A stretch of 63,256 bases of DNA, filler included, from Basidiobolus ranarum (GCA_040143965.1; 44 parts of 44 records of this genome joined end to end with filler, not necessarily neighbours in it); one strand, 5' to 3'; counted from the first letter of the whole stretch, positions 22,998-35,145 are shown. Numbers and translations: made by a program. Notes: generated by a model from the sequence alone, not told the origin.

Positions 22998-23216
22998 NNN
23001 NNNNNNNNNNNNNNNNNNNNNNNNNNNNNNNNNNNNNNNNNTTAATTAATTAANNNNNNNNNNNNNNNNNNNNNNNNNNNNNNNNNNNNNNNNNNNNTCC
23101 TTTTTATACATGCAACCCTTTCTTATATCGATTGTTTCTAATATACATCTCCAGAACTTCTCGTTGTAACTACTCTGACGTAGTTCATACATTAAACTTC
23201 ACTCGTTTGAGATCAA

Positions 23217-23266
23217 GGGTTAGGGCTATGGTCATGATTAGGGCTATGGTCATGATTAGGGTTAGG
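23217..23266. repeat. 18-bp tandem repeat built on TTAGGG
   Basis: GGG-(TTAGGGCTATGGTCATGA)x2-TTAGGGTTAGG. Confidence 0.75.
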
Positions 23267-23417
23267 ATGAAGGTGACAGTAATACTAGGAGTATCTCACC
23301 ATAGATACTGTCATGCTTACTGCATATTAGCCACTTGACACACTTGTTTCTTTGTAGAGATAATTGAATAAAATCCGGTTGGCACTGTATCTGTCTAACT
23401 CGTCTTCTTATTTCAAG

Positions 23418-23591
23418 ATGGAAACGGGTGTCTTGTTTCTTATAGAGGCGTTGATAATCCTGGTAACTTGCTTTCAGCTTTCGGTAAGCTATCCATTGAC
23501 TGATTTCAAGACCTCTGGTGTTAATGGACCTCTGGTGTTGGTGGCACATAATCTCCGATCTCATAATATTATGGATATAACAAATGATTAA
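23418..23591 (+). CDS. Possible 57-aa secreted peptide
   Basis: METGVLFLIEALIILVTCFQLSVS-YP resembles a signal peptide; no other support. Confidence 0.25.
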   Translation: METGVLFLIEALIILVTCFQLSVSYPLTDFKTSGVNGPLVLVAHNLRSHNIMDITND

Positions 23592-23635
23592 TTTAGAAAT
23601 ATTTGCTCAATTGGATTTATACTACTATTAAATAA

Positions 23636-23679
23636 ATGATTCACTACCTATGATCCACTACCTATGATCCACTACCTAT
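23636..23679. repeat. 14-bp minisatellite, three copies
   Basis: ATGAT(T/C)CACTACCT x3. Confidence 0.85.
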
Positions 23680-24004
23680 CTGTAGCCGTAGAGGTAACCA
23701 TAGAGGCAGACTTTAATTCGATCAGTTATAGTGATAACTGCAGAGATAGCCTTTAATTTGGCATAGGGGGTGTTGTGAACTAGTGATACAAAAGCATGTC
23801 TATATGATGAATGTACTTGAAGCTTTATTAAACATAAATTCAAAAGAACATAAGACTAATGTCTAAGCGCCCTCTAATGTCTAAACGCCATCCTAAATAT
23901 ATTTAGCAACAACTATACTTGCATGTTAAACTATTGTGTTACTATTGGATTGTACACCATGATAACATTTTTAAAAGGATACATATTTCGGCTACAACGT
24001 GGAT

Positions 24005-24433
24005 TTATTTGCAACGCATTCTTATTTCACCGCCAGGTATATGAGCCTCACAATGTTTAATAGATTTTTTCCATAGATCTGGAGTACATTTATTCGAACC
24101 ATTTGAAACGGTGAAGTCAGATACTCTGCCAAGACGAGAAAATTTAAAGTCGTTGACAAAACCATCATATGTATCTCTTAAACCTGTTTGTCTGTAATCG
24201 TTTGCAAAACATTCAAGAAGACAGTTGCCCGAGGTCTCAATATCGGGTTCGCAATCAAGACGTACATATACTGCTGCATAATTAGGCTTTGGCACTACTT
24301 TTGGAGCCTTCATACCAGACCCTACCTGGCTTGTGTGAGCCTTAGCCACTTGGCCTTCAATATATCCCAAGTAGGTAGAAACCAACAAGAGACACATAGA
24401 GCTGTGGAGCATTTTCATATTAAAGAACATCAT
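24005..24433 (-). CDS. Small secreted cysteine-rich protein (142 aa)
   Basis: Hydrophobic leader ending ...GYIEG-Q; six Cys in the C-terminal domain; intact ORF in a non-TE contig. Confidence 0.7.
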   Translation of the reverse strand: MMFFNMKMLHSSMCLLLVSTYLGYIEGQVAKAHTSQVGSGMKAPKVVPKPNYAAVYVRLDCEPDIETSGNCLLECFANDYRQTGLRDTYDGFVNDFKFSRLGRVSDFTVSNGSNKCTPDLWKKSIKHCEAHIPGGEIRMRCK

Positions 24434-24538
24434 TAGAGNNNNNNNNNNNNNNNNNNNNNNNNNNNNNNNNNNNNNNNNNNNNTTAATTAATTAANNNNNN
24501 NNNNNNNNNNNNNNNNNNNNNNNNNNNNNNNNNNNNNN

Positions 24539-24649
24539 CTAAGTAAATTCCGATTGAGAATAATTCATAATATCTTAGTGAATTATAAGATAACTAAGTA
24601 CTAAGCTATATATGACTATATAGGTGTTTAGGCAATGCTAATTTCAACA
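24539..24649 (-). repeat. LTR family A, partial
   Basis: Ends ...CAATGCTAATTTCAACA. Confidence 0.85.
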
Positions 24650-24772
24650 TATCCAAGTTAAAATTTTTTAACATATCTCCCAAGAGACTATTTGTGTAGA
24701 CATACCATTGATTTAAATACATTGATGACTAGATCATACCATTATTAATCCTATTAAACTTGTATTGATCTT

Positions 24773-25396
24773 TGTTGGATAAGTAATCTTTATTCAACAT
24801 CTAACTTTAGTTATGATGAATATATCAGAAGCAATAAGGCTTTATATCTATAGCCCCTATATTCTAATTAGGAATATCTCTATACGTACATAACTAGTAA
24901 GTCTTATTACACATATTTTGTTGAAATTAGCATTGCCCAAACACCTATATAGTATTATATAGCTTAGTATCTAGTTATCTTATATTTCACTAAGATATTA
25001 TCCATTATTCTCAATTGGAATTTACTTAGGTTATTGACACCATCTTAGAAGATATCAGATATATAGATTTTTCAAACTTGTGCTAGAAGCCCCAAAATCT
25101 GCACACATGCTTCTAGGTCCTTCCTTAACCCATTCTACACAGTAGTTTGTTTATATTGTGACAAAACTATAAATGTCAACTTTCTACTCTATAAATCAAC
25201 AGGTGAAAACAATCAATTTCTCTTATTCTCCAAACTATTTGCAACAGGCTCCCAAATACTTTAACATATTTATCTATTATAGCTTATTTTGCAAACTTCT
25301 GAATATCCCAACCAAGTGATTTACTTCCCTGCTCCATAAGTTACCATATTCTCTTAAGAATAAAACAACTAAAATGGTATCACCCAGGGTTATTAC
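24773..25396 (+). repeat. Diverged LTR family D interrupted by family A LTRs
   Basis: 24773-24918 and 25267-25396 align consecutively to 4997-5260. Confidence 0.8.
24919..25266 (+). repeat. Solo LTR family A (348 bp) with 5-bp TSD TATTT
   Basis: TGTTGAAATTAGC...CTTTAACA flanked by TATTT at 24914-24918 and 25267-25271. Confidence 0.92.
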
Positions 25397-25756
25397 TGTT
25401 AAAGTATATGGGAGCCTGTTGGAAGTGATTTGGAGAATTAGAGAAATTGGTGGTTTTCACTTATTGATTTATTGAGTAGAAAGTTGACATCTATAGTTTT
25501 GCCAAGATGTAAACAAATTAATGTATAGAATGTGTTAAGAAAGGCCCCAGGAACACATGTGTGAAGTTTGGGGCTTCTAGCACAAGCTTGAAAAATTTAG
25601 GTAACTGAGAACTCCCAAGTTGGTAATAATATTCCAAGTAAATTCCAATTGAGAATAATGGATAACATCTTTGTGAAATATAGAATAACTAAGTACTAAG
25701 TAATGTATGACTATATAGGTGTTCAGGCATTGCTAATTTCAACACTCTCCCTTAAC
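25397..25756 (-). repeat. 3' LTR family A (25397-25744) with polypurine tract
   Basis: Full LTR preceded on the - strand by GTTAAGGGAGAG. Confidence 0.88.
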
Positions 25757-25770
25757 TAAATAGTCATATA

Positions 25771-25879
25771 TGTTAAAGTATTTGGGAGCCTGTTGGAAGT
25801 GGTTTGGAGAATTAGAGGAATTGGTGGTTTTCACTTATTGATTTATTGAGTAGAAAGTTGACATTTATAGTTTTGTCAA
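25771..25879 (-). repeat. LTR family A, partial
   Basis: TGTTAAAGTATTTGGGAGCC terminus 26 bp from the previous LTR. Confidence 0.85.
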
Positions 25880-26012
25880 NNNNNNNNNNNNNNNNNNNNN
25901 NNNNNNNNNNNNNNNNNNNNNNNTTAATTAATTAANNNNNNNNNNNNNNNNNNNNNNNNNNNNNNNNNNNNNNNNNNNNTATAAGTTATGTTTAAGAGAA
26001 ATAAAAAATAAT

Positions 26013-26378
26013 TAGTTGAGTGGGAATGTTAAAATTAGGTAAATAGCAACTCATTCTTGAGTATTTAGTTTATTCATATTCTGATAATCTAGTACTCAAT
26101 TCCATCTCTCAAAGATGTGTGTTTATTGCTCTAATCAATAGAAATTTCAATCAGATCACTTTTACCAATTTTGTCTATTTTCTCAAAACTTCTCCAAATC
26201 ACCTCAGATTTTCACCCATGCTTAACAGGCATGTTTGTTATGATTTAAGCACGTCCAATAGTCCAATTTCATAGTAACCAATAAATAGGACATATTCAAT
26301 TCAATAAAACTTAATTGTCTAATTCACAAATCCAAATCTTGTCCATAACACTTCCAAATCCCTTAAACACTTTTATCA
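26013..26378 (+). repeat. PPT plus 3' LTR family B (26027-26378)
   Basis: TAGTTGAGTGGGAA then TGTTAAAATTAGG...CACTTTTATCA; matches 34035-34385 and 34795-35145. Confidence 0.88.
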
Positions 26379-27320
26379 ATGACTATGCTGCACATCATCA
26401 ATTAAGTTCTCTGTTCTTGCTGGTTCTTTTCCTTTTGTGCCAGCAGGCTTTTGCTTTGGGGCCAATTTTGATTTAAATTTGGAATGCTTTGTGAATGACA
26501 TTGAAATTTTCAGATGGTGGACTTAGTGTAGTGAAACTGCTTAGAAACAGCTTATAATAAACCAAAATTGCCATCCATTACTGGAAATATCTTGTAAATT
26601 CCCTGATGACTCATCTGTGAGACTGTCTCAGAATCAGCTGATGAAATTGATGGGATATGCTCAAACATACCAGCCTTATATTGGAGATGTTCTTTTCTAC
26701 CATATCCTTCTCATTCCACAGCACACATGTTTAAAGAAGCCCCACTGATATTATCACAGATTTTGTGCTATGAAGCTGGAGGCTTCACAGAAACAAGCAA
26801 TCAAAAGCATAGATACTGTACAAAGCCACCAGCTGCACAAAGCCTGGTGAATATTAGCAGTAAAAAGTGCACAAAGTTGACTTTAGTTTTGCCCACTGAG
26901 TTCACTAGCTGTGGTTTGCCTTGAACTTTTAGTAACACTGCTGAAAGTCAAGATAGAGTGGAGTTACCCCAGTTGCATAACCAGAATGATGTAGGTAGGA
27001 ATGCAACTTTCATCAAATCTGTAAGTCCAGAGAACTTCAAGGACTTGCTGGTAGCTGTTGACCTTGGTTTTCCAGTACTGAGGGTAACATATCACAAGTT
27101 GAACAAGAAGATGATGGTTTTGCTATGGACTCTTAGTCATTGGCAAGCATTAATACACTCATAACACCTATAATAAAGGAAGAAGCTTTGATTATTGAGG
27201 AGTGGAGAGTTCAATCCAATCTTAGCAACCAGGTGTTTATTGGCTTTCTTACATTTTTACCACAGTTGATTGGCAACTGTTGCTTGCCACAGACCTGGAA
27301 CAAGTGGAAAACACTTGTCA
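26379..27320. mobile_element. CACTA copy: ORF2 start (-), spacer, transposase N-terminus (+)
   Basis: Reverse-colinear with 8700-9630. Confidence 0.85.
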
Positions 27321-27420
27321 NNNNNNNNNNNNNNNNNNNNNNNNNNNNNNNNNNNNNNNNNNNNTTAATTAATTAANNNNNNNNNNNNNNNNNNNNNNNN
27401 NNNNNNNNNNNNNNNNNNNN

Positions 27421-27611
27421 TACGGGCTGGCATGATATCTCCAATAAAATCATAGTGTCTGATTGTGGTGGGATAGTGCCATATTGTTCCTTATAGTGTC
27501 CAATTGAGTGTTATAGGACCCAGCCATGGTAATTGACAGATTGCACCAGATGGTGTACTAGCAGGCTGGATTGAGTGGCATGATCTGACCTGGTCCAATG
27601 GAACAAGTCTA
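27421..27611 (-). mobile_element. Second copy of the hAT-like terminus in the CACTA spacer
   Basis: Reverse complement aligns to 15658-15788. Confidence 0.45.
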
Positions 27612-28353
27612 ATAATAAACCTAATATGCCATCCATTACTGGAAATAACCTGTATATCCCCAGATGACTTATCTGTGACACTAGCTCAGAATCAGCTGAT
27701 GATATTGAAGGAATACACCAAAAATACCATCCTTATGTAGGAGGTGTTTGTTTCTCCACAATACCCTTCTCATGCCACAACAAAAATGTTTAAAGAAGTG
27801 CTGCTATTATTGTCACAAATTCTTGTGCTATGAAAGCTGGAGACTTCATAGAAAAATAATCACAAGCATTGTCACTGTATAAAGCTATTAGCTGCACAAA
27901 GCCTGGCCAACAGTAATAAGTGCACAAAATTGACTTTAGTTTTGCACACTGAGTCCACTCTATGTGCTTTGCCTCAACATTTTTGTAACACTGCCAAAAG
28001 TCAAGATACCAAGGAGTTACTGCAGTTATATGACCAGAATGATGTAGGTAGAAATGCAACTTTGGTCCAACCAGTAAGTCCTGACAACTTTGAGGACATG
28101 ATGTTAGATACCAACCTTGTTTATTCCAGTAGTGATGGTAGTAAATCAGAAGTTGAAGAAGAAGACAATGGTTTTGTTATGGACTGTTTGTTATGGGCAA
28201 GCATTAGTCCAATCATAACACTTACAGTGAAGGAAGCAGCTTTGATAATTGAAGAGTTGAGAGTTCAATCCAATCTTAGCAACCTGGTGATTATTGGTTC
28301 TTCTTACACTTTTACCACAGTTGGTTGGCAACTGTTACTTGCCACAGTCCTGG
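27612..28353 (+). mobile_element. CACTA spacer plus transposase N-terminus, degenerate
   Basis: KEAALIIEELRVQSNLSN; aligns to the reverse of 8720-9460. Confidence 0.85.
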
Positions 28354-28761
28354 TGTCATGATTCTGATCTTGCAATACTGATCCACTGCAAATAGAACTC
28401 TTCCATTACTAGATTGTGACATCATATCTGCTGTGCCACTCCTTCTTGGCAATCTAATGTCAATTCACCCTGATTACCTTATATGGAAGTCATGTTCTTT
28501 GGAACATTCCATGAAACCTAACCAATCATGTCATCCCATACATAGTGTATTTCTGCCAAGAACTTCCATGGAAGGTCACCGGATCATCCTGACATCATCC
28601 TTACATCATTCCTCTTTGTTTTGGTCCTTGTAGTCCCTAACACCCCAACTCTTGAACTTGCCACAGTATATTCGCTATTCAGTATATTATGTTTCACCTT
28701 GCAATATCTATATAAGCCTCATGTATTCCTTGATCAGACCTCAGTCTGATCAATGCCAGTT
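28354..28761 (+). repeat. LTR family E, partial
   Basis: TGTCATGATTCTGATC start; hairpin TTGATCAGAC-CTCA-GTCTGATCAA at 28730-28753. Confidence 0.88.
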
Positions 28762-28861
28762 NNNNNNNNNNNNNNNNNNNNNNNNNNNNNNNNNNNNNNN
28801 NNNNNTTAATTAATTAANNNNNNNNNNNNNNNNNNNNNNNNNNNNNNNNNNNNNNNNNNNN

Positions 28862-30202
28862 CTAATGGTGAGTCATGTCTTTCCTGTATGATTTTGAGTC
28901 TGGAAGAGTGGTGTGGAATGTAAAGGTGCTTCTTATAAAACAAGAGATCATTGATGGTGGACAAATGGTGGAACAAGTTCAAGCTTGAGAGGTCTTTTAG
29001 TGTTTCCTGGGCTTTCTTGATAGATATTACCAATGGGTCTTCAGACTGAATTTTGCGGATGTCTTCATGGAATGTGCTTGAACTAGGCAGAGAAAGGGCA
29101 GTTGCACTAATTTGAAGATGGTGGGGCTTTGGTAAGGAAGTATTTTGTTGGCCAAAAGCCTCATCCTCTTCTTTAGGCTGATATTGTACTCTATGTGAGA
29201 AGGCATCAGGTTTTCCTTTCTGGCTACCTGGTTGATATGTAATCACAAAATCAAAACTGGCAAGAAATAATGTCCATCTTGCTTACAACATTTGAGAACT
29301 TTGGTTGTACTAGAATACTGAAGATTCTTGTGATCACAATAAACTGTGATTTTGTGATTTGCTCCATCCAAGTATTGTTGCCATTGTTGAAATGCAGCAA
29401 TAATTGCTAATAGTTCCTTATCATAGATGTCATAGTTAATTTCTGTAGGAGAGAACTTTCTTGAGGAAAAGGCAACAGGGTGCAGTAAGTTGTCATCATC
29501 AAATTGTGATAGTACTGCTCCTAGAGCAAAGTAGGATGCATCAGTTTCAAAAATAAACGGCTTGTCTGGCTTGGGATGTGGCAGGATTGGTGCTGAGGTA
29601 AACATACTGCTTAAAGTTACAAATGCTTGTTGGCAAGATGGGTTACAGTCAAATGGGAGTTCTTTCTTTATAAGATTTGTTAATGGAGCAGCTATTTGGA
29701 GTAGTTCTTGACAAGCCATTGGTAAAAGTTTGCAAATCCAAGGAAAGATTGGACATCCTTCATATTCTTGGAATATCCCAAGACAGAACATATTCAATCT
29801 TCTGAGGGTCCATGGAGATGGCTGATAGGCTAATATTATATTCAAGGAATTCAACTTGAACTTGATCAAATTCACACTTCTCAAGTTTTGCATAGAGCCC
29901 AGAGGTTTCCGACTTTTCTAGGACTTGGGAAACATGAATATTATGTTCTTCCTGAGAGCCTGACAAGACCAAGATATTGTCAAGGTAGATTACCACAAAT
30001 TGATCAAAATCCTCTCTGAAGATATCATTCATCTTATGTTGAGAGACTGCAGGGTCATTGGTAAGTCCAAATGGCATGACATTGTGTTCAAAGTGTCCAT
30101 AGTGAGTTCAAAAAGCAGTTTTCCATTTGTCTCCTTGTTTGATTCTTACAAGATTGTAGGCACCTCTTAGATCAATCTTTGTAAACACCTTGACTGAAGC
30201 AA
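28862..30202 (-). mobile_element. Ty3/gypsy RT, RNase H and integrase start, degenerate
   Basis: MPFGLTN, YLDNIL, ETDASYFALGAVLSQ, YDKELLAII, DHKNLQY. Confidence 0.95.
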
Positions 30203-30429
30203 NNNNNNNNNNNNNNNNNNNNNNNNNNNNNNNNNNNNNNNNNNNNTTAATTAATTAANNNNNNNNNNNNNNNNNNNNNNNNNNNNNNNNNNNNNNNNNN
30301 NNTATCGAAGCGGACTGATACAACTGGCACTCATAACAAGTTTGTCTACAATATTTTATCTTCGTCTTGTTCCCGCATTGTTTCCAAGATCGTACCTATC
30401 CGCACACTGAGTAATGGAGTGATCATTGA

Positions 30430-31200
30430 ATGTGGTCCAATATTGCACATTTATAATGAGCACTCGGAAGCTAATGATGTGCTTTATTGAACTAGGCTAT
30501 ACAGTTATATTGACTAGTTATATCATCATTGTATAGCGAACAAATATTAGCCGAAGTGGGTACACCAGCAGCGTAGTTTCCAAGAGTAAGCTAGAATTCG
30601 TACCATATCTTTTAATAGCAATAGTAATGCCAGTAGTTTGGCTTAGAGCTATTAACCAAGGCTGTACTGTATCATGAGTATCCTTCATGATAGGACCAAT
30701 CTCTTTCATAACTGCAAGAATTATTAAATTTAAGACATCGTCTAACAACGCAGCAATCGTGATGAGTACACCAAAAGGAGTCTTCAGTATACCTTGGTGA
30801 CTTAAAAGCATTATTATGATTCCAATAGAAGTACTTGCCAATGAAGCAGAAGATATTACCGCTTCGAGTAAGCTAAATTTAAAGAGAAAGCGGTACACCA
30901 AAGTACCTACTCCGAAAGGTAACAAGGTTCCAGTCAATACGATAAGCAATGCTTGAGAAAAAGCACCTTTAATATGGAAAAGGTCAACACCCATGCCACC
31001 TTCGAATATAACAGAAGCATTCCAAGCTTTCCTATCAAAGTAAAAGCCCCTACGATAAAAGTAGGTAGCACATTTTTCCAAGCTACCAAAACGATTTCAA
31101 CAAGTAAATGACCAATTAAATCAGCATAGAGTAACGGAAAAATTTTCCCCGAGAGATATAAGATGAATAGGTATAGTGAAATGGTGATTAGAGACAACAT
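30430..31200 (-). pseudogene. CPA2-family cation/H+ antiporter, frameshifted
   Basis: IGKLG / IFEGG, ASLASTSIGI, LITIAALLDDVL motifs split across frames; C-terminal half collapsed. Confidence 0.75.
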
Positions 31201-31742
31201 GATTCATGATTGTAAGACTTCAGAATATTGAAAGTGTTAGTGGCAAAGTAGGTTCCAAGGTACTGTTAGCTCAATTGGAACATAAATTTGGCGTTGAACT
31301 TTATTTCTCACGTGTCGAGATTAAGGTTCTTATTTGCTGAACCAATGTAAATGATTCCTAATTTAGGTATGGACAATAATAGTAGATTGATATAAGTTAC
31401 AGCTTTATGAATTCTATCTATTTGTTTGACTAAGTTGAGAACTGGAAATCCAGGCGATTATTCCCTCTATCTTTGGTTGTATCCAGGTAGTGTTGACGCT
31501 CTTCATTAGTCATAGCATTCCAGATCTTGTCACGTTTGTTGTTGATATGAGTGTAATAGGCTCGTAATGCAAGGAATAGGATGCAGGTGGCTATTGTAGA
31601 TTATCAATGAAGTCGATCAAGGTGGCTATATATATATTTACTNNNNNNNNNNNNNNNNNNNNNNNNNNNNNNNNNNNNNNNNNNNNTTAATTAATTAANN
31701 NNNNNNNNNNNNNNNNNNNNNNNNNNNNNNNNNNNNNNNNNN

Positions 31743-33082
31743 CTGTCTCCACTGCAGTCTATATCAAAAACAGATGCTCAACAAGATTGCTACAAAATTC
31801 TACTCCATTTGAAGCCCTATATGGATCAAAACTAAGTGTGGCTCATCTCAGGATCTTTGGTTGCACAGCATATTGCCTAATTCCAGCTCAAAAATGCTAA
31901 AAATTGGAACCCAAAAGTAGAAAATGCGTATTTCTTGGCTACTGTGATGGATCCAAGGCCCACAGACTGTTGGATATCAAAAATCAGAAGTCAATTAAGT
32001 GCAGAGATGAGATTTCTGATGAAAAAGCAAATTTTTCACCTCAAATCACAGTTCTTGATCCAGAAAACTCAATCAGCATTATTCAGGAAGTGTCTGACTA
32101 AACTCCAGCTGTATCTGAGCCCTATTCAACCAGAATTTCAATCCCAATTACATCAAAGGATGATTCATGACCCAGAAGATCATCCAGAAGGGGAAATAAG
32201 CCAGAAAACTGGTGGAACACTTCAAATGATGATGTATATGCTTATGCAGCATTCTGTGACAAGCCACAGACTATAGATCAAGCTCTAGAATGTCCAGAAT
32301 CAAAATTATGGGTAAAAGCAATGTCAGATGAGTTTTCTTCACTTCAGGACAATAAAATGTAGGTTTTAAGTCCTCTTGTATTGGGGAGAAAGCCAATAGG
32401 TTGCAAATGGGTCTACAAAGTCAAAATTCAAGCTGAAGGAACCATAGAAAGGTACAAAGCAAGATTAGTTGCAAAAGGCTATTCCTAGACTCCGGTAGTT
32501 GATTTTATTGAAACCTTTGCTCCAGTAGCTACATTTAGCTCCATTAGGTCAATTCTGGCACTCTCAGCCGTCCATAACCTTGATCTACATCAAATGGATG
32601 TAAAAACAGCCTTTCTGAATGGAAATCTAGAAGAAGACATCTATATGGAGCAACCAGATGGATTTGTTGACCCAAAACATCCTGATATGGTCTGTAAGCT
32701 GCAAAAATTGCTATATGGACTCAAGCAAGCACCCAGGGCATGGTACAACAAGATAGATGCCTATTTGGAATCTCTGGAATTCCAAAAATGCACAGCAGAT
32801 CACAGTATTTACATCAATACAACCTGAAATGGGATCCTTATCTTGGCACTCTGTGTGGATGACTTAAACATAGCCATAAATGATCTAGAAGCACTCAATC
32901 AGACAAAAAGCAGCTTGTCATACCTATTTCAGATGACTGATATGGGTGAATTAAGTTATTTACTTGGAATCCAAATCAAGAGAGATAAACCCAATCAGAA
33001 AAGCATGCTGAATCAGTCTAGATACATCCTAGACATCCTAATAGGCTTCAACAGGGCGAATAGCAAGTCTGTATCAACACCA
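31743..33082 (+). mobile_element. Ty1/copia integrase C-terminus and RT, degenerate
   Basis: [44 protein letters not shown]. Confidence 0.95.
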
Positions 33083-33182
33083 NNNNNNNNNNNNNNNNNN
33101 NNNNNNNNNNNNNNNNNNNNNNNNNNTTAATTAATTAANNNNNNNNNNNNNNNNNNNNNNNNNNNNNNNNNNNNNNNNNNNN

Positions 33183-33386
33183 GGATATTGAATAACGCAT
33201 GCCAAATTTGAGGATCAATATTTTAACATGTATGAATACCACCAAGATACCATCAAGAAACCACCGTCACACCATCAAAATCCCTGGCAGAATGCAAGCC
33301 AATGATATTGTGACAGTTCTCTGATGGTTTTGCTATTTTAGAGGGTGGATCCGATCCGGATCAAATTGATTATATTTTTGTTAGGG
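33183..33386 (-). mobile_element. CACTA terminus R
   Basis: Ends ...ATTTTTGTTAGGG; also at 46333, 58584 and 61114. Confidence 0.8.
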
Positions 33387-33629
33387 ATTATTGACCTATC
33401 CCCAGCAATCCAAGTAGAAGAACACTCTGAATATGAAGTTGGCAAAATTCTAGATTCCAGAGTTTATTAACTTAAATTGCAATATATAGTGGACTAGAAG
33501 GGATACTCAACAAATGATTAATGATGAGAAACAGCAACAAATCTTTCCACCTCTAAGCAACTCTGACAGGAGTCATATGAAGCATATCCAGAGGAACCTG
33601 GCCACATGATGTCTGGAAGTCATCCCTAA
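33387..33629 (+). mobile_element. Chromodomain of gypsy (chromovirus) integrase, degenerate
   Basis: EYEVGKILDSRV..KLQYIVD*KGY...ATNLS. Confidence 0.85.
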
Positions 33630-34034
33630 CTCTAACAGATATTTGAGGATTGTTAGTGAATGAAAACCATCATAATATTTAATTCATATGACATTGAGTG
33701 TTTACTTACCATCACAAAATTGTAAAGTTAGATCTGACTTGAACAAATTTTTTCAGTTTCAGCAGTGAATTTTCAAGATCTTGCAAAATAGTTGCACAAG
33801 ATTGGCTACAATCTCAGAGAACTATAGATCAGCACTTGTGCAAAAACATAACTCAGATTATACACATTTACCACTTAAATGCTAATTTGTCATCGTTGAA
33901 CCTCCTAGTTTATTTGATATACTCTCCTGAATATTCTTACCAAGTTCTTTATACACAAGATTTAGCTCATATCCAACACAAGTTTGTAGCATAATCTCCA
34001 TCAAAGCCCTCCATGGCCTTAACATCACAGAATC
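33630..34034 (+). mobile_element. CACTA terminus L running into the ORF2 3' end (-)
   Basis: CTCTAACAGATATTTGAGG; continues into the reverse complement of the ORF2 C-terminus. Confidence 0.8.
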
Positions 34035-34521
34035 TGATAAAAGTGTTTAGGGGATTTGGAAGTGTTTTGGACAAGACTTGGATTTGTTAATTAGATTCTT
34101 AAGTTTTATTGAGTTGAATATGTCCTATTTATAGTTTACTATGAAATAGGACTATTGGATGTGCGTAGATCATAACAAACATGCCTGTTAAGCATGGGTC
34201 AAAATTTGAGGTGATTTGGAGAGATTTTGAGAAAATAGTGAAAATTGGTAAAAGTGATCTGATTGATATTTCTATCAATTAGAGCAATAAACACACATTT
34301 TGAATGACAGAATAGAGTACTAAATAATCAGAATATGAATAAACTAACTAGTAAATAATGAGTTGCTATTTACCTAATTTCAACATTCCGACTCCACTAA
34401 TTATTTTGTATTTCTCTTAAACCTAACTTATATCTTAATAATTCAAACTGTGCTTTAGCTAAAGGTTTGGTTAAGATATCAGCTATCATTTCTTCAGTAG
34501 GGCAATAGACAAGTTCAATTA
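34035..34521 (-). mobile_element. Copia family B 3' end: RNase H terminus, PPT, 3' LTR (34035-34385)
   Basis: IELVYCPTEEMIADILTKPL...LGLREIQNN*, then purine tract, then TGTTGAAATTAGG. Confidence 0.92.
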
Positions 34522-34621
34522 NNNNNNNNNNNNNNNNNNNNNNNNNNNNNNNNNNNNNNNNNNNNTTAATTAATTAANNNNNNNNNNNNNNNNNNNNNNN
34601 NNNNNNNNNNNNNNNNNNNNN

Positions 34622-35145
34622 CTCTATTTCTTCTCCTGTAACAAATCCACAAAGGTCCTTGTCATCTAGCACCATTTGCATCTTGAACTTCCAAAGGTGA
34701 AAGTCTTAGCCATCAAACTTATCTGTGGATGCAAAAATATTGGTAATAATACTGGTAGACATATGCATCAACAGCAAGCTCAGGGCTCATACCCTGATCA
34801 AAGTGTTTAGGGGATTTGAAAGTGTTTTGGACAAGATTTGGATTTGTGAATTAGACACTTAAGTTTAATTGAATTGCATATGTCCTATTTATAGCTTACT
34901 ACAAAATAGGACTATTGGACATGCTTAGATCATAACAAACATGCCTGTTAAGCATGGATGAAAATTTGAGGTGATTTGGAGAAGATTTGAGATAATAGTG
35001 AAAATTGGTAAAAGTGATCCAATTGATATTTCTATGAATTAGAGCAATAAACACACATTTTGAATGACAGAATTGATTGCTAAATGATCAGAATATGAAT
35101 AAACTAACTACTAAATAATGAGTTGCTATTTATCTAATTTCAACA
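34622..35145 (-). mobile_element. Copia family B 5' end: LTR 35145-34795, half-tRNAiMet PBS 34794-34781, gag from 34762
   Basis: GGGTATGAGCCCTG; gag DKFDG*DFHLWKFKMQMVL. Confidence 0.9.

Noticed and set aside
15889-24438. GDH, NRPS and the secreted protein as a biosynthetic cluster
   Set aside because: They lie on separate contigs that are adjacent only because of length sorting.
25397-25879. TRIM-like mini-element (two A LTRs 26 bp apart)
   Set aside because: The spacer has a PPT but no PBS; insertion of one LTR beside another's PPT explains it better.
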